Of a DNA stretch of 64,000 nt, positions 10,201 to 19,266 are shown in pieces. Under the pieces are notes generated by a model that was not told the DNA's origin, made no database searches, and worked only from the letters and a program-made list of their open reading frames with translations. The position numbers and the translations under genes are program-made. The DNA comes from an uncultured euryarchaeote (GTDB lineage: Archaea; Thermoplasmatota; Poseidoniia; Poseidoniales; Poseidoniaceae), in assembly GCA_937899865.1 (NCBI GenBank), contig CALBRH010000054.1, forward strand, positions 1 to 64,000, read 5' to 3'. How positions within the stretch are numbered: position 1 is the first letter of the stretch; every line of letters starts with the position of its first letter.

Positions 10201-12269
10201 GGTGCAGTTGAAATTGAATTAACTGTCATTCTAATCGCACCAGTACTCTTCATTCTTACAGGCAATGAAACTTCTCTATATCCGTTGACCAAATTCGAAT
10301 TTGGAAGTATGCTGTTAAGACCTATAATCAATCCATCAGTACCGATGAAGTCAAGATTCATCACGCTATCATATGTAGCCATTAATCCTCCTAAGTGGAT
10401 TGTTGATGTAGTTGAAGATGAGCCAATTTTGATTACTATTTTTGTAAACTCTAGACCATTTAAATTAATATCTGATACGGATTGTGAAACTGCATTGTTG
10501 ATACTGGTTATTTGAGAAGGGGTTAATCTAACAGTATTTATCTCAGAAAAATCATTTATTGAACTCGTTAGTATATCTTGATTATTATATGAAATTGTTA
10601 GATATGGGTTGACAAAGTTAGAATTAGGACTAGAGACTGAAAATTCAAAGTCATCAATTCCTTGTCTAGGAACGTATAATGAAAATTCTGCTGGTGATGA
10701 TGGATTGCTTTGAGAAGAAGACCAAAGTGAATCATCAGCTAATCGATCTTGAATACCAAGACGACCAATACCTATTCTGTCCATAGTCCAGTCACCAATT
10801 CCATCAAGTCCAAGATCAATTTCTAAACCATCGACAACACTTGTCCTAATCATCTCTACAGACATTTGATCAAAGACCCAATTCCCACCGGTGCTTAATA
10901 CTCTAAACATTATGCTGAACTGTGGCTCATTCATTGACTGCAAATTATCATTAAGCAAAACATTCCATGATTGTCCTGAATCAAGTGAATATTCGAGTCT
11001 TCCCGAACCATTGAGATAAGAATTTGATTTTACACCAACAAAACCGCTTCTAATAAAAAATTCTGGACTTTCAAGGGTACCTGTTCCAGAAACTGAACCA
11101 GAATTCCAACTGGAACCACTCATCAACCAACCGCTGCTTGTAGGATTGGAATCAAAATCTTCCTCGATTAATCCATCAAAATGAATTCCATGAATAATCG
11201 GTAGAGAACCTGTAGTTGTGGCCATATCGATTTGCATTTTGACTAATGGATATGTCTCCCAATCAATTATACCAAAATCCATTGTTGTATCTGTTAATCC
11301 AACAAATCCAGGAATCAAAGTATCTGTAGAAGCATCTAGTAGTCGCCATTCAAAATCAGCATCTGGAGGGATATAAGCATCCATGTACATCAAACCGAAT
11401 GACCTAGGTTCGCCTTGCCCTGAAAATTGTGGGCCGAAAGCGGGAGAAATCCAAGTTCCTTGGCCATTACCGGCTCCACCAGTTGGCGTGATTATTATAT
11501 CATCAATCCATGCGGTATCTTGACCTGAATTTACACTACCATCTTTAGTATATTTCCAAGTTAAGGATTGAGCAGTTGCAGGTATAGTAAAACTATGAGT
11601 CCCACTTGTTATTCCTGCCCATCGCTGACTGAAACCACTTGATCTACTACAAGCAGTATTATCTATACAAAATATTAGATAATCAAATCCACTTTCAGAA
11701 GATACTTGGTATTGAAAGGTTCCAGAACCAGCTGGAATTGCTGAAACGTCAAGTGTCAAAGAAGTTTCTTGATTACTACTTATAGTACCTGCTTTGGCAG
11801 TTTGGCTACCTGAAATAACTGTGGATGATTGTACATTCCAATTACTAGTGCCGCCAAGTCTCCATTCTGGACCAAAAGAACCTGATTCAAAATCCCATGA
11901 CCATTCTTGAGGCAACAAAGATAGAGATGAAGTGTTGACATTTACGCCTTCATAGTAATTAGAACTAGAAAAATCAACACTTTCAGTTAAAGAAAAACTT
12001 GTGGATGTTGCTAAATCAGCACCTTCGATATCGAGATTCATTGACTGAACAACTTGACCATCAGGGACTGAAATCATGACCTTTTCGACTGCACCATCTG
12101 GATAAGAACCGATTGCAATTTTTTCTTCTTGACCTAACACTTTAGAGGAAGTTGATTCTTTGTCATCAAAAACATTAGAGTCATTTGAAAAGTAATAAGA
12201 TTGGGTTGAAATAGAAAACAATACCAACATGAATACTGCAATAGCCTGACGGCCAATCCTTCCCCCCAT
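7284..12269 (-). CDS. Very large secreted/surface protein (about 1660 aa) with C-terminal CARDB/Ig-like domain, TM anchor and Gln-rich tail
   Basis: Signal-like N-terminus; beta-sandwich module SESGFDYLIF...WKYTKDGSVNSGQDTAWIDDI; VVIQNVGKTDG; C-terminal TM then QQMRPQQNHQYAHQQ. Confidence 0.75.
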   Translation of the reverse strand: MGGRIGRQAIAVFMLVLFSISTQSYYFSNDSNVFDDKESTSSKVLGQEEKIAIGSYPDGAVEKVMISVPDGQVVQSMNLDIEGADLATSTSFSLTESVDFSSSNYYEGVNVNTSSLSLLPQEWSWDFESGSFGPEWRLGGTSNWNVQSSTVISGSQTAKAGTISSNQETSLTLDVSAIPAGSGTFQYQVSSESGFDYLIFCIDNTACSRSSGFSQRWAGITSGTHSFTIPATAQSLTWKYTKDGSVNSGQDTAWIDDIIITPTGGAGNGQGTWISPAFGPQFSGQGEPRSFGLMYMDAYIPPDADFEWRLLDASTDTLIPGFVGLTDTTMDFGIIDWETYPLVKMQIDMATTTGSLPIIHGIHFDGLIEEDFDSNPTSSGWLMSGSSWNSGSVSGTGTLESPEFFIRSGFVGVKSNSYLNGSGRLEYSLDSGQSWNVLLNDNLQSMNEPQFSIMFRVLSTGGNWVFDQMSVEMIRTSVVDGLEIDLGLDGIGDWTMDRIGIGRLGIQDRLADDSLWSSSQSNPSSPAEFSLYVPRQGIDDFEFSVSSPNSNFVNPYLTISYNNQDILTSSINDFSEINTVRLTPSQITSINNAVSQSVSDINLNGLEFTKIVIKIGSSSTTSTIHLGGLMATYDSVMNLDFIGTDGLIIGLNSILPNSNLVNGYREVSLPVRMKSTGAIRMTVNSISTAPSINPLTMEVSNVTDTFTPSMNWIDVTSTFDFSSIGVSNPEAFVKSGSWLLDFNLVGKDNIAQIRCSTLALPIVGNGVSNCIQSGVQLIWSDLGANGIIQMSETNSILEFHHRFKFPVEWDDEEFLLASVNMVSTTGPMLSVSKSFGLGNSQGVENDVALKHWAIVGGNGVSSDNEFPYLQNQRGEPVIVQAQLGFEGNEGTAPRTGHALVRLLVNGNEYGASSIINEGIVSIPWVIPTFGDSVELEIDIQPLRGQSVTYEVPNVIEFGYDAVNPQLLSMNIDEFDHFQSSPSNILEFTITDRPILPTQAEIILWHSWEHDFNQNGQIDISEVVRHELEYPSVLTNLEGIYSYDLDSSSAPDGGYVRGWLEVADSAGNMLVDSGNISSPLFNLLISSDGSPQLGYSDISWDYGYLPWLHPGEDITLSIPVWDKNGVTDITDIELDLSINQPDSSSILWNRQTGVCSSSTLYIQISNCKMIGDSESGLFTNSGNFEINFQLKWGFDPDDSIVRTPLIRLTDLNRQSTTIELSELNWRYSGEMEISQEDLSYITSGNNDSNTGSWIKARDDILISGSLNWVKTNRHVMQDLQLLFTLGLNQAQVDYQQGQFSGYIISPATPGNYALDISLKNAPNGATIVDPNSPLLWFIVDDEAPSITSINYPLPAQIIEEVEWESLEIVMTLSEDNFLDQDTMNLKWEVHPSGFGFASSSIANGSGKISILGGMPFGESIIGTFGIDLDTAVPEVIRTEELELRIWINGSDMAGNSFGSVSDEVYTPFAVWQLEQQLPEYALIQPAIYYSGQLEVGKSVDLSVVIQNVGKTDGDAQLRVERVESNGARTIIHSQEVKVNSGGNGVFNHRWTPDRDGSMWVEFIIVGGPTVQTETFYVGDGEDDSFFGGISEINPVLLVVIFLLVVSLVGILIFGLRTPKPPQYQRLPGNKNYQPSNQQMRPQQNHQYAHQQAPASPGDNPYQ

Positions 12270-12365
12270 GGACAAGACATTCTATCTAAGGTCAAAACCT
12301 TTCGCCATAAACTCATGATACGTAATCATCACAATACTCAATAGCCGCATAACTTACCAACAATC

Positions 12366-13073
12366 ATGGACAGAGTAGAGTTGTTAAAACAGCAAGCTGG
12401 AATTGAAGCCTGCAAGTATGTCACTAATGGCATGAAAGTAGGTTTAGGGACAGGCTCTACTGTTAAGTATACAGTAATTGAATTAGGCAGAAGAATCGCT
12501 GAAGAAGGTTTAGAAATTGTCGGTGTACCTACATCGTTAGCAACTGAAAAACTAGCAACTAAGGTTGGTATTACACTAGTTGAACTTTCTGATTGCGACA
12601 ACTTAGACATAGTCATTGATGGTGCAGATGAGTTTGATTCTGAATTTAATTTAATCAAAGGCGGTGGAGCTGCTTTGCTAAGAGAAAAGATTGTTGCTCA
12701 AGAATCTCTTTCAATGGTAGTAGTGGCTGATGAAAGGAAAATGGTTGAAACTTTAGGAGCATTTCCACTTCCAATTGAAATCACACCTTTTTCCCATCAA
12801 GCAACAATACGCCAATTAACAAAATTGCTAGATTGTCGAGTCAACTGTCGAATGGCGGGAGATAATCCGGTGGTAACAGATAACGGCAACTACATCGCAG
12901 ATGCTCATTGCGGACCAAAAATCACTGACCCAGTAAATCTTGAGATTGAAATTCTAAAAATTGCCGGCGTTGTACAAGTGGGATTATTCAATAACATGTG
13001 TGATGTCGTGGTATTAGCCAAAGATTCGGGAGTTGAAATCAAAAATAATCCTAACGGACGAATACCAAATTAG
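12366..13073 (+). CDS. rpiA: Ribose-5-phosphate isomerase A
   Basis: GLGTGST, DGADE, KGGGAALLREK, VTDNGN motifs. Confidence 0.97.
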   Translation: MDRVELLKQQAGIEACKYVTNGMKVGLGTGSTVKYTVIELGRRIAEEGLEIVGVPTSLATEKLATKVGITLVELSDCDNLDIVIDGADEFDSEFNLIKGGGAALLREKIVAQESLSMVVVADERKMVETLGAFPLPIEITPFSHQATIRQLTKLLDCRVNCRMAGDNPVVTDNGNYIADAHCGPKITDPVNLEIEILKIAGVVQVGLFNNMCDVVVLAKDSGVEIKNNPNGRIPN

Positions 13074-13119
13074 CAATCAAGAAATCAATGATTAAATACG
13101 AAGTGTGGCAGGAAAGGTT

Positions 13120-13193
13120 GGGCCTGTAGCTTAGTCAGGTAGAGCGACGGACTCTTAATCCGTCGGTCGCGGGTTCGAACCCCGTCAGGCCCG
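13120..13193 (+). tRNA. tRNA-Lys(CTT)
   Basis: GGGCCTG/CAGGCCC acceptor stem, ACGGA-CTCTTAA-TCCGT anticodon arm, GTTCGAA T-loop; CCA not encoded. Confidence 0.97.
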
Positions 13194-13478
13194 CTAATCC
13201 GCAACTGCAATAACTGATTCAAAGTTAATCCAGCCAAAATTATGTGAATCATCGCTAGCGGTTGGATCAGGATTATCTCCTTCAACAAATAATTTCCTGT
13301 CCTGAATTTGTTTTACCCGCTTAGCAGCAATAATAGAATTGTTAAACGGATGGGTAAAAATTACCACTTGATTTAGAAAAATTGTTTGACCATTATATGG
13401 AGAGCAAATAATCTCTTGACCATCTTTTAATGATGGCCACATACTATCGCCACGAATGGTGACTTGCATTTTTTCCAT
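13194..13478 (-). CDS. sodX: Nickel superoxide dismutase maturation protease (S26 family)
   Basis: GDSMWPSL (catalytic Ser), AKRVK (Lys), EGDNP..SDDSHNFG; directly downstream of sodN. Confidence 0.9.
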   Translation of the reverse strand: MEKMQVTIRGDSMWPSLKDGQEIICSPYNGQTIFLNQVVIFTHPFNNSIIAAKRVKQIQDRKLFVEGDNPDPTASDDSHNFGWINFESVIAVAD

Positions 13479-13482
13479 GCAA

Positions 13483-13917
13483 TCAGCTTGCTCTAATCCA
13501 AGGAACTTCTCTTCCCTTAACTGCCCAAAACATATTGTGGATTTCTTCTACTGCATCCATCAATTCTTGAGCATGTTGGGCTGAGACCTCGACTTTACAG
13601 GCACTACAAAGTTTAGCAGCCTTCCAAAAGGTATCATGCAAATTTGGATTCGATTCAAGATGAATTGGTTTAAAGAAATCTGTCCAAAGTACAAGGAGTT
13701 CTTCCTTGCACTTGTGTGCTTCTTCTTCCTTAATTGTTGCATATCGGCTCATAGTATTAATGTAGGCTGCTGAGCCACAATCAGCTGAGTGATTTTCAGC
13801 CAAAGTCAACATTTTCTTTGTCATTGATTGTACTGCCTCAGCAGCAACTCTTGCGCTCGCAGGGTCGTATACTCCACAGGGTCCATCACAATGTGCACTT
13901 GCTTCTATCTTGTTCAT
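13483..13917 (-). CDS. sodN: Nickel superoxide dismutase precursor
   Basis: Ni-hook HCDGPCGVYDP after an 8-aa leader (MNKIEASA); LWTDFFKP, KLCSACK. Confidence 0.97.
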   Translation of the reverse strand: MNKIEASAHCDGPCGVYDPASARVAAEAVQSMTKKMLTLAENHSADCGSAAYINTMSRYATIKEEEAHKCKEELLVLWTDFFKPIHLESNPNLHDTFWKAAKLCSACKVEVSAQHAQELMDAVEEIHNMFWAVKGREVPWIRAS

Positions 13918-13949
13918 AATCTGTACGAAAAGGCTACGACTTATGAATA

Positions 13950-13969
13950 TGTGGTATTATTTTACCACA
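13950..13969. promoter_or_regulatory. 7-6-7 inverted repeat upstream of sodN, overlapping the carbamate kinase stop codon
   Basis: TGTGGTA-ttattt-TACCACA seen directly; function (operator or terminator) is inferred. Confidence 0.3.
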
Positions 13970-14868
13970 ATTTTTGTTCCAGCTTCCCCTCTAAGAGATT
14001 TCAACGCATCTCCAGGTTGACAAAGTATTGCTGTAAGTGATGGGTTGTGTAATGAAGCTTCCATTAGACTCCCTACTTTTGGCCCCATCGATCCATCTGG
14101 AAATTCCCCTTGAGCCATGAGTGTTTCACATTCATCCAAGGTCAATTTTCTGTGAGATTGTTCATTTTCAGTACCAAATCCTGTTTTTACTGAATCTACA
14201 GCAGTAGAAATAATCAATGCATCAGCGTTAAGTTTGATTGCAATCAGTGCAGATAATCGATCCTTATCGATAACTGCTGGAACACCCACATAATGCCTAT
14301 CCTTCTTGATTACAGGGATTCCTCCACCTCCTCCACAAATAACCACAGCTCTCAACTCAACTAATTTTCTGATGACTTCAATATCTAACACGCTCATTGG
14401 CATTGGACTTGCTACAACTCTTCTAGGACCATTTACTGTCTCAGCAATATCCCAATCTGCAGTCATAACCACCTTATCACTCAATATTGGTCCAACTGGT
14501 TTTGTAGGCAATTCAAATCCTGAATCGTTTGCATCAACTTCTACCCTCGTAATCACACATGCTGTTCTTTCAGGACGTCTTCTCTTTAGTAGAATTGAGT
14601 CTAAATTAAGTGCTAATGAATGCCCAATCATACCTTGAGTTGCTGAAACCCACTCATCCATTGTATGACTAAAATCACCATCTAACTGCATCAAATGCCC
14701 CACTTGTGGACCATTGCCATGAGTTAAAATTACCCCCCATCCCGACTCTAGTAAATCTACGACATCACTCATTACTTTAGCCAATATTTCAGATGATTGG
14801 TCAGAATCTGTCGGTATTGGATTTTGAAGAGCATTCCCTCCAATCGCATACACTACAATCTTGTGCAT
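13957..14868 (-). CDS. arcC: Carbamate kinase
   Basis: AIGGNAL, THGNGPQVG, KPVGP, GGGGIPV, AVIDKD, GSMGPKV; likely start MHKIVV at 14868, not 15090. Confidence 0.93.
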   Translation of the reverse strand: MHKIVVYAIGGNALQNPIPTDSDQSSEILAKVMSDVVDLLESGWGVILTHGNGPQVGHLMQLDGDFSHTMDEWVSATQGMIGHSLALNLDSILLKRRRPERTACVITRVEVDANDSGFELPTKPVGPILSDKVVMTADWDIAETVNGPRRVVASPMPMSVLDIEVIRKLVELRAVVICGGGGGIPVIKKDRHYVGVPAVIDKDRLSALIAIKLNADALIISTAVDSVKTGFGTENEQSHRKLTLDECETLMAQGEFPDGSMGPKVGSLMEASLHNPSLTAILCQPGDALKSLRGEAGTKIVVK

Positions 14869-14996
14869 TAGTGGAGTAACTAAAGTGATAAGTTTGAGGT
14901 TTTCCGTATTCTGTTCGAATAATACATAGATTTTGGAGGTCTTATTTTGAAGCGAGATTTCAATTATGGGCGCTTCTACGGTTAATTGGTGACGAT

Positions 14997-16325
14997 ATGA
15001 AGACAATTTGGATTTCTGATGTCTTAAATGGCAAATATGATGGCCAAAAAGTGGAATTAAAAGGTTGGGTAAAGCGTTCTCGAGGCTCAAATAAAATTCG
15101 ATTTGTTGTCCTTAGAGATTCTACTGGCTCTATTCAATGCGTAGCAAAGAGAGATACCATTGGAGATGATTGCTTTGAAAGTATCAAGTCTGCATTGATT
15201 GAATCTTCATTAATTATTCACGGGACTGCAAATCCTGATGAAAGAGCTGATGGTGGTTACGAGATTATTGTCGATAATGTCGAGATTATTGGGCCCGTAA
15301 ATCCAGAAACTCCATTTCCAATTACCGAGTCTGCTATGACTGCTGCTGATGGTGGGGAAACAGAATTCCTGTTAGATAACCGTCACCTTTACTTGAGAAC
15401 ATCAAGAATGACTACAATGCTAAAATTACGTAGTACTGTATTTGGTGCTATTCATTCGTATTTCCGTGATCAAGATTTCATTGAGTATCAAGCTCCAAAT
15501 TTTGTCGCTGGAGCAGTAGAAGGTGGCTCAACATTGTTTGAAGTTCCATACTTTGGTCGTAAAGCATACCTAACGCAATCTTGGCAACTCTATGCTGAAG
15601 CCGCAATGCCAGCATTGGAACGACTGTATACCATTGCACCATCATTCAGAGCTGAGAAATCGAGAACAAGACGTCACCTTACTGAATTCTGGCATGCTGA
15701 AATGGAAGTAGCATGGGCTGACAATCAAGAAATTATGAATTACGGAGAAGGAGTTGTACGAAAAATTGCTGCAACTTTACTTGAAGAAAGAAGTACTGAG
15801 TTAGAATCTCTTGGCCGAGATTTGGATGTTATTGCTCGATATGCTGATTCAAAATACCCGCGCATTAGATATGATGAGGCAGTAGAAACTCTACAAGGAC
15901 TTGGCGTTGAAATTGAGTGGGGACAAGACTTAGACTACTCAAAAGAAAAAATACTTACTCAAGATTTTGAAGTGCCACATTTCTTAACTCACTATCCAAA
16001 GATTGCCAAACCATTCTATCATAGAGTAGACCCGGATGATGAAAAGTATGTTCTATGTCACGATTTACTTGCACCTGAAGGTTATGGGGAAATTATTGGT
16101 GGTGGCGAAAGAACTTGGTCCGAGCAAGAAATTCTCGCTAGAATTGATGAAGAAGGCACCCCAAGAGAGCCATATCAATTCTATATTGATACTCGTACAT
16201 ACGGAGGTGTACCTCACGGTGGATTCGGTCTTGGAGTAGACAGGGTTTGCTCATGGCTTAGTGGTGCCGAGCACATCCGTGAAGTAATTCCATTCCCAAG
16301 AGATTCAAGAAGAGTAACTCCTTGA
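14997..16325 (+). CDS. asnS: Asparagine--tRNA ligase
   Basis: OB-fold N-terminus, GAVEGG, QSWQLYAE (Glu rather than the AspRS Lys), FRAEKSRTRRHLTEFW, GFGLGVDR. Confidence 0.92.
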   Translation: MKTIWISDVLNGKYDGQKVELKGWVKRSRGSNKIRFVVLRDSTGSIQCVAKRDTIGDDCFESIKSALIESSLIIHGTANPDERADGGYEIIVDNVEIIGPVNPETPFPITESAMTAADGGETEFLLDNRHLYLRTSRMTTMLKLRSTVFGAIHSYFRDQDFIEYQAPNFVAGAVEGGSTLFEVPYFGRKAYLTQSWQLYAEAAMPALERLYTIAPSFRAEKSRTRRHLTEFWHAEMEVAWADNQEIMNYGEGVVRKIAATLLEERSTELESLGRDLDVIARYADSKYPRIRYDEAVETLQGLGVEIEWGQDLDYSKEKILTQDFEVPHFLTHYPKIAKPFYHRVDPDDEKYVLCHDLLAPEGYGEIIGGGERTWSEQEILARIDEEGTPREPYQFYIDTRTYGGVPHGGFGLGVDRVCSWLSGAEHIREVIPFPRDSRRVTP

Positions 16326-16333
16326 GTGGTAAC

Positions 16334-17422
16334 ATGGCTGACATCATTGCTTTGGGATGTGGCTTGGTAGGTAATTTTGTTGTCACCAAATTGACACAAC
16401 TTGGACTCAATGTCCATGTTGTTGATTTAACTGTTCCACAAGATGTGAAATCCAACCCTTCAGTTACTTATCAAGAAGGCGACATATTTCAACTTCTAAA
16501 TGAAATGCCAAATTCAAGTATTGTTCTAAACTTACTTCCTGGAAGTATCGGGGAAAGAATAAGGCCATTACTAATTTCCATGAATAAAGACATAATTGAT
16601 CTTGCCTTTACTGAAACTGAGCCAACAATTCACAACCAACTTGCCATAGAGCATGAGTCAACTTTAATTTGGGATGTTGGTATTGCTCCTGGTTTATCAA
16701 ATATGATAATTAGAAAAGAGTATGAAAGAGATAGTAACATTACAGATATTAGCATAAAGGTGGGAGGAAACCCCTCATCCCCCGATGAAAACTGGTCTTA
16801 TATGGCTCCATTCTCGCCTTCTGATGTTATTGAAGAATATACTAGACCTGCGAGAATAATTGCCGACTCTAAAATTGAAAGTGTCGATGCCTTAACTGAC
16901 CTACATCAGATAAATGTAACAGGTTTTGGCACCATGGAAGCTTTTCTAACTGACGGTTTGCGAAGTTTGCTCAACTCAAAAATGTCACCAAATATGAGGG
17001 AGTATACAGTTAGGTGGCCAGGGCACATTCAAAAGTGGCAGGCTGAGAAAGATATCTTATCAAATGAAGAATTAATCGATGCTTGGAAGTTCGACATAAA
17101 TAATCAAGAATTCACTTGGATGGAAATCAAATTTTGTTATGATAATTATAGCATAGTTTGGGAAATTTCTGATAATGGTAAAGATGGATTTAGTTCAATG
17201 GCAAGAACTACAGGTTTGGTGACTATTGCTTGTGCAATGGATTTATTCAATAGTTCTAAACTAAATCAAAACACCTACAAATCAGGAGTTTTTGCTCCAG
17301 AAGATTTGCCGCTAGAATCTATAGAACATGTTATTGAGTTCATTAAATCTGAAGGAGTTGCAATTAAGCGTGACCTTATAGAAGAGGTTCGCCACACATT
17401 GGACACTCCATTCCAGGAATGA
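16334..17422 (+). CDS. Saccharopine dehydrogenase / lysine 6-dehydrogenase family oxidoreductase
   Basis: LGCGLVG Rossmann motif, DVGIAPGLSN, MARTTG. Confidence 0.85.
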   Translation: MADIIALGCGLVGNFVVTKLTQLGLNVHVVDLTVPQDVKSNPSVTYQEGDIFQLLNEMPNSSIVLNLLPGSIGERIRPLLISMNKDIIDLAFTETEPTIHNQLAIEHESTLIWDVGIAPGLSNMIIRKEYERDSNITDISIKVGGNPSSPDENWSYMAPFSPSDVIEEYTRPARIIADSKIESVDALTDLHQINVTGFGTMEAFLTDGLRSLLNSKMSPNMREYTVRWPGHIQKWQAEKDILSNEELIDAWKFDINNQEFTWMEIKFCYDNYSIVWEISDNGKDGFSSMARTTGLVTIACAMDLFNSSKLNQNTYKSGVFAPEDLPLESIEHVIEFIKSEGVAIKRDLIEEVRHTLDTPFQE

Positions 17423-17486
17423 ATTCGCCCAATGTAAATCCACAACTCAAGCAGATCGATGAGATGAAGGTATAATCATCAGTCAT
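17376..17486 (-). CDS. 36-aa CPxCG-type zinc-finger microprotein
   Basis: Hand translation MTDDYTFISSICLSCGFTLGEFIPGMECPMCGEPLL*; CxxCG...CPxCG; TATA-like TTTTATTA at -29 to -22 from the ATG. Confidence 0.7.
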   Translation of the reverse strand: MTDDYTFISSICLSCGFTLGEFIPGMECPMCGEPLL

Positions 17487-17502
17487 GAATATTGATTATA
17501 CC
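17469..17502. promoter_or_regulatory. Perfect 10-14-10 inverted repeat flanking the microprotein start codon
   Basis: GGTATAATCA (17469-17478) and TGATTATACC (17493-17502). Confidence 0.4.
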
Positions 17503-17515
17503 GGTACTAATAAAA

Positions 17516-18277
17516 TCATTCGCTAAATTTATTTTGAATTTCTTCCAAAACTAATTGCAAATCTTTTTCTTCAATTACAGTATTACAATACTGTTTTGGT
17601 CTTTCATCCCATGGATTAAAGCAAATCGCTAGACCGGATTCTTGAAACATTCCAATATCACCTGCTGAATCGCCTACTGATGCTGTGTATTCTTTGGAAA
17701 TATTGTACCTCCTTTGAAGCATTTTTACAATTGCACCCTTGCCATTCATTTGTACTTGATATCTACCGAAATCATCCAATTCATATTCACCATTAAAAGT
17801 AATTTTACCCCTTAGCCAGCCATTAGTGAAAATTGACAACTGTGAATCAAAACCATTACCAAATCTCTGAGCAGTAAATCGATCTATTCCACCCCATCTT
17901 CTAGACCAAGGTTTGTCTGATGGAAACTGTGCTGCTATGTCTCTTGCAGTTTGTTGTAGACCTCCTGAAATAATTGCAACTTTAGCACCATCATTCAACA
18001 GTTCAGAAATTAGAAGTTGCCAATTCTTCATCATTGGCATCCCCTCCATCAATGACCTAAGTTCAGCATCAGTAATTTTTCTATCTTTGATACTGTTTTT
18101 AATCAAAGCAATATCTAATTTTATCCAATCCCATTCATTAAGTAAGCCCTGATTATACAACTCAAATGATTCATCATTAGAGATACCTAATTTATCATAA
18201 ACATATTGCCATGTTGACAGATGGTCAACCAAAACACGATCCATATCTAAGCAAACTAAATAACGAAAATTGGACAT
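17516..18277 (-). CDS. HAD-superfamily hydrolase (phosphoserine phosphatase-like)
   Basis: DMD motif I, ISGG motif II, KG motif III, GDSAGD motif IV. Confidence 0.88.
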   Translation of the reverse strand: MSNFRYLVCLDMDRVLVDHLSTWQYVYDKLGISNDESFELYNQGLLNEWDWIKLDIALIKNSIKDRKITDAELRSLMEGMPMMKNWQLLISELLNDGAKVAIISGGLQQTARDIAAQFPSDKPWSRRWGGIDRFTAQRFGNGFDSQLSIFTNGWLRGKITFNGEYELDDFGRYQVQMNGKGAIVKMLQRRYNISKEYTASVGDSAGDIGMFQESGLAICFNPWDERPKQYCNTVIEEKDLQLVLEEIQNKFSE

Positions 18278-18290
18278 TGTTCAATCACCT

Positions 18291-19160
18291 CTAAGCTGAT
18301 TTATCATCATATTTATTCCAACCATACTGCGATTGTATCTGTTCAACTTGCTTACCCATAATGTACAGAATAAGTGCGACCATCATAGCGAATAATCCAA
18401 TCAAAGTCATTGCGATTGTGGCTAAAGTTACTCCGATAGAAACTGAATTCAATTCATTAAATGTATCAACTACGTTACCAGACAATCTGTAACCCAAGAA
18501 AAACAAAACAATACCCGGTATGCCAAATAAGAATAGTGGGTGCTTTGTTTCTAACATCCAATAGAATAATTGTGCAAATCTTGAAGCAGTTGCTAATGAT
18601 TCCCTTTGAGGGATTTGGATTTTGTCAGAGGATTCAATTACTCTTACTCTTAATTCATTGGAAAAATTATTTGTGCTTGTCATAGAATTGGCCTTAGCAA
18701 GTTCTTCTAGTCCGCGGTGTGACAAAAACAAATGATCGATTTTTAAAGAATCTATTACTAACTCTTCAGCTATTATGTCTTGATTTGCTTCAACATTGTT
18801 GAAAGATATGTAAATATCCCATCCCTCTCTAGAACGATTAACTACCACAGGTAATTCCTTCAATTTCCATTCATCCGTGATATAAATTACAAGATTAGAA
18901 AAATTATCATTACAATTTGATTCACAAAGAAACTTGGCTAATCTCGGTGCAGTGATTTCATTATCGGGATAGTTTAGAATTTTACAACCAAATTCACTTG
19001 CTAATTCCATAGTTCTATCATTTGAGCCCGCATCAACAAACATGACTTCTTCAGCAATCTCATTTGCCCTAACTAATAGTGAAATAATCCGCAATTCTAA
19101 ATCTCTACCGACATAGATTAACCTGAGATTCTTACTAGTCACAATGTGTTGTAAATTCAA
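18291..19160 (-). CDS. Degenerate GT2-like membrane protein
   Basis: VDAGSND retained, metal-binding DxD absent; C-terminal TM region resembles that of 3120-4061 (KHPLFLFGIPG vs KKPILVLGLPG). Confidence 0.6.
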   Translation of the reverse strand: MNLQHIVTSKNLRLIYVGRDLELRIISLLVRANEIAEEVMFVDAGSNDRTMELASEFGCKILNYPDNEITAPRLAKFLCESNCNDNFSNLVIYITDEWKLKELPVVVNRSREGWDIYISFNNVEANQDIIAEELVIDSLKIDHLFLSHRGLEELAKANSMTSTNNFSNELRVRVIESSDKIQIPQRESLATASRFAQLFYWMLETKHPLFLFGIPGIVLFFLGYRLSGNVVDTFNELNSVSIGVTLATIAMTLIGLFAMMVALILYIMGKQVEQIQSQYGWNKYDDKSA

Positions 19161-19266
19161 TTGAACTTATAATCTGCGTTTGATAACTACCATAATCATG
19201 CAATTTTAATCTAAATTTGCTTTACCGATAAGTTATGTTCATCAGCCTCGAGGACTTGGAAGATAT

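Noticed and set aside
14869-15090. N-terminal extension of carbamate kinase
   Set aside because: Overlaps asnS on the other strand; family homology begins at MHKIVV (14868).
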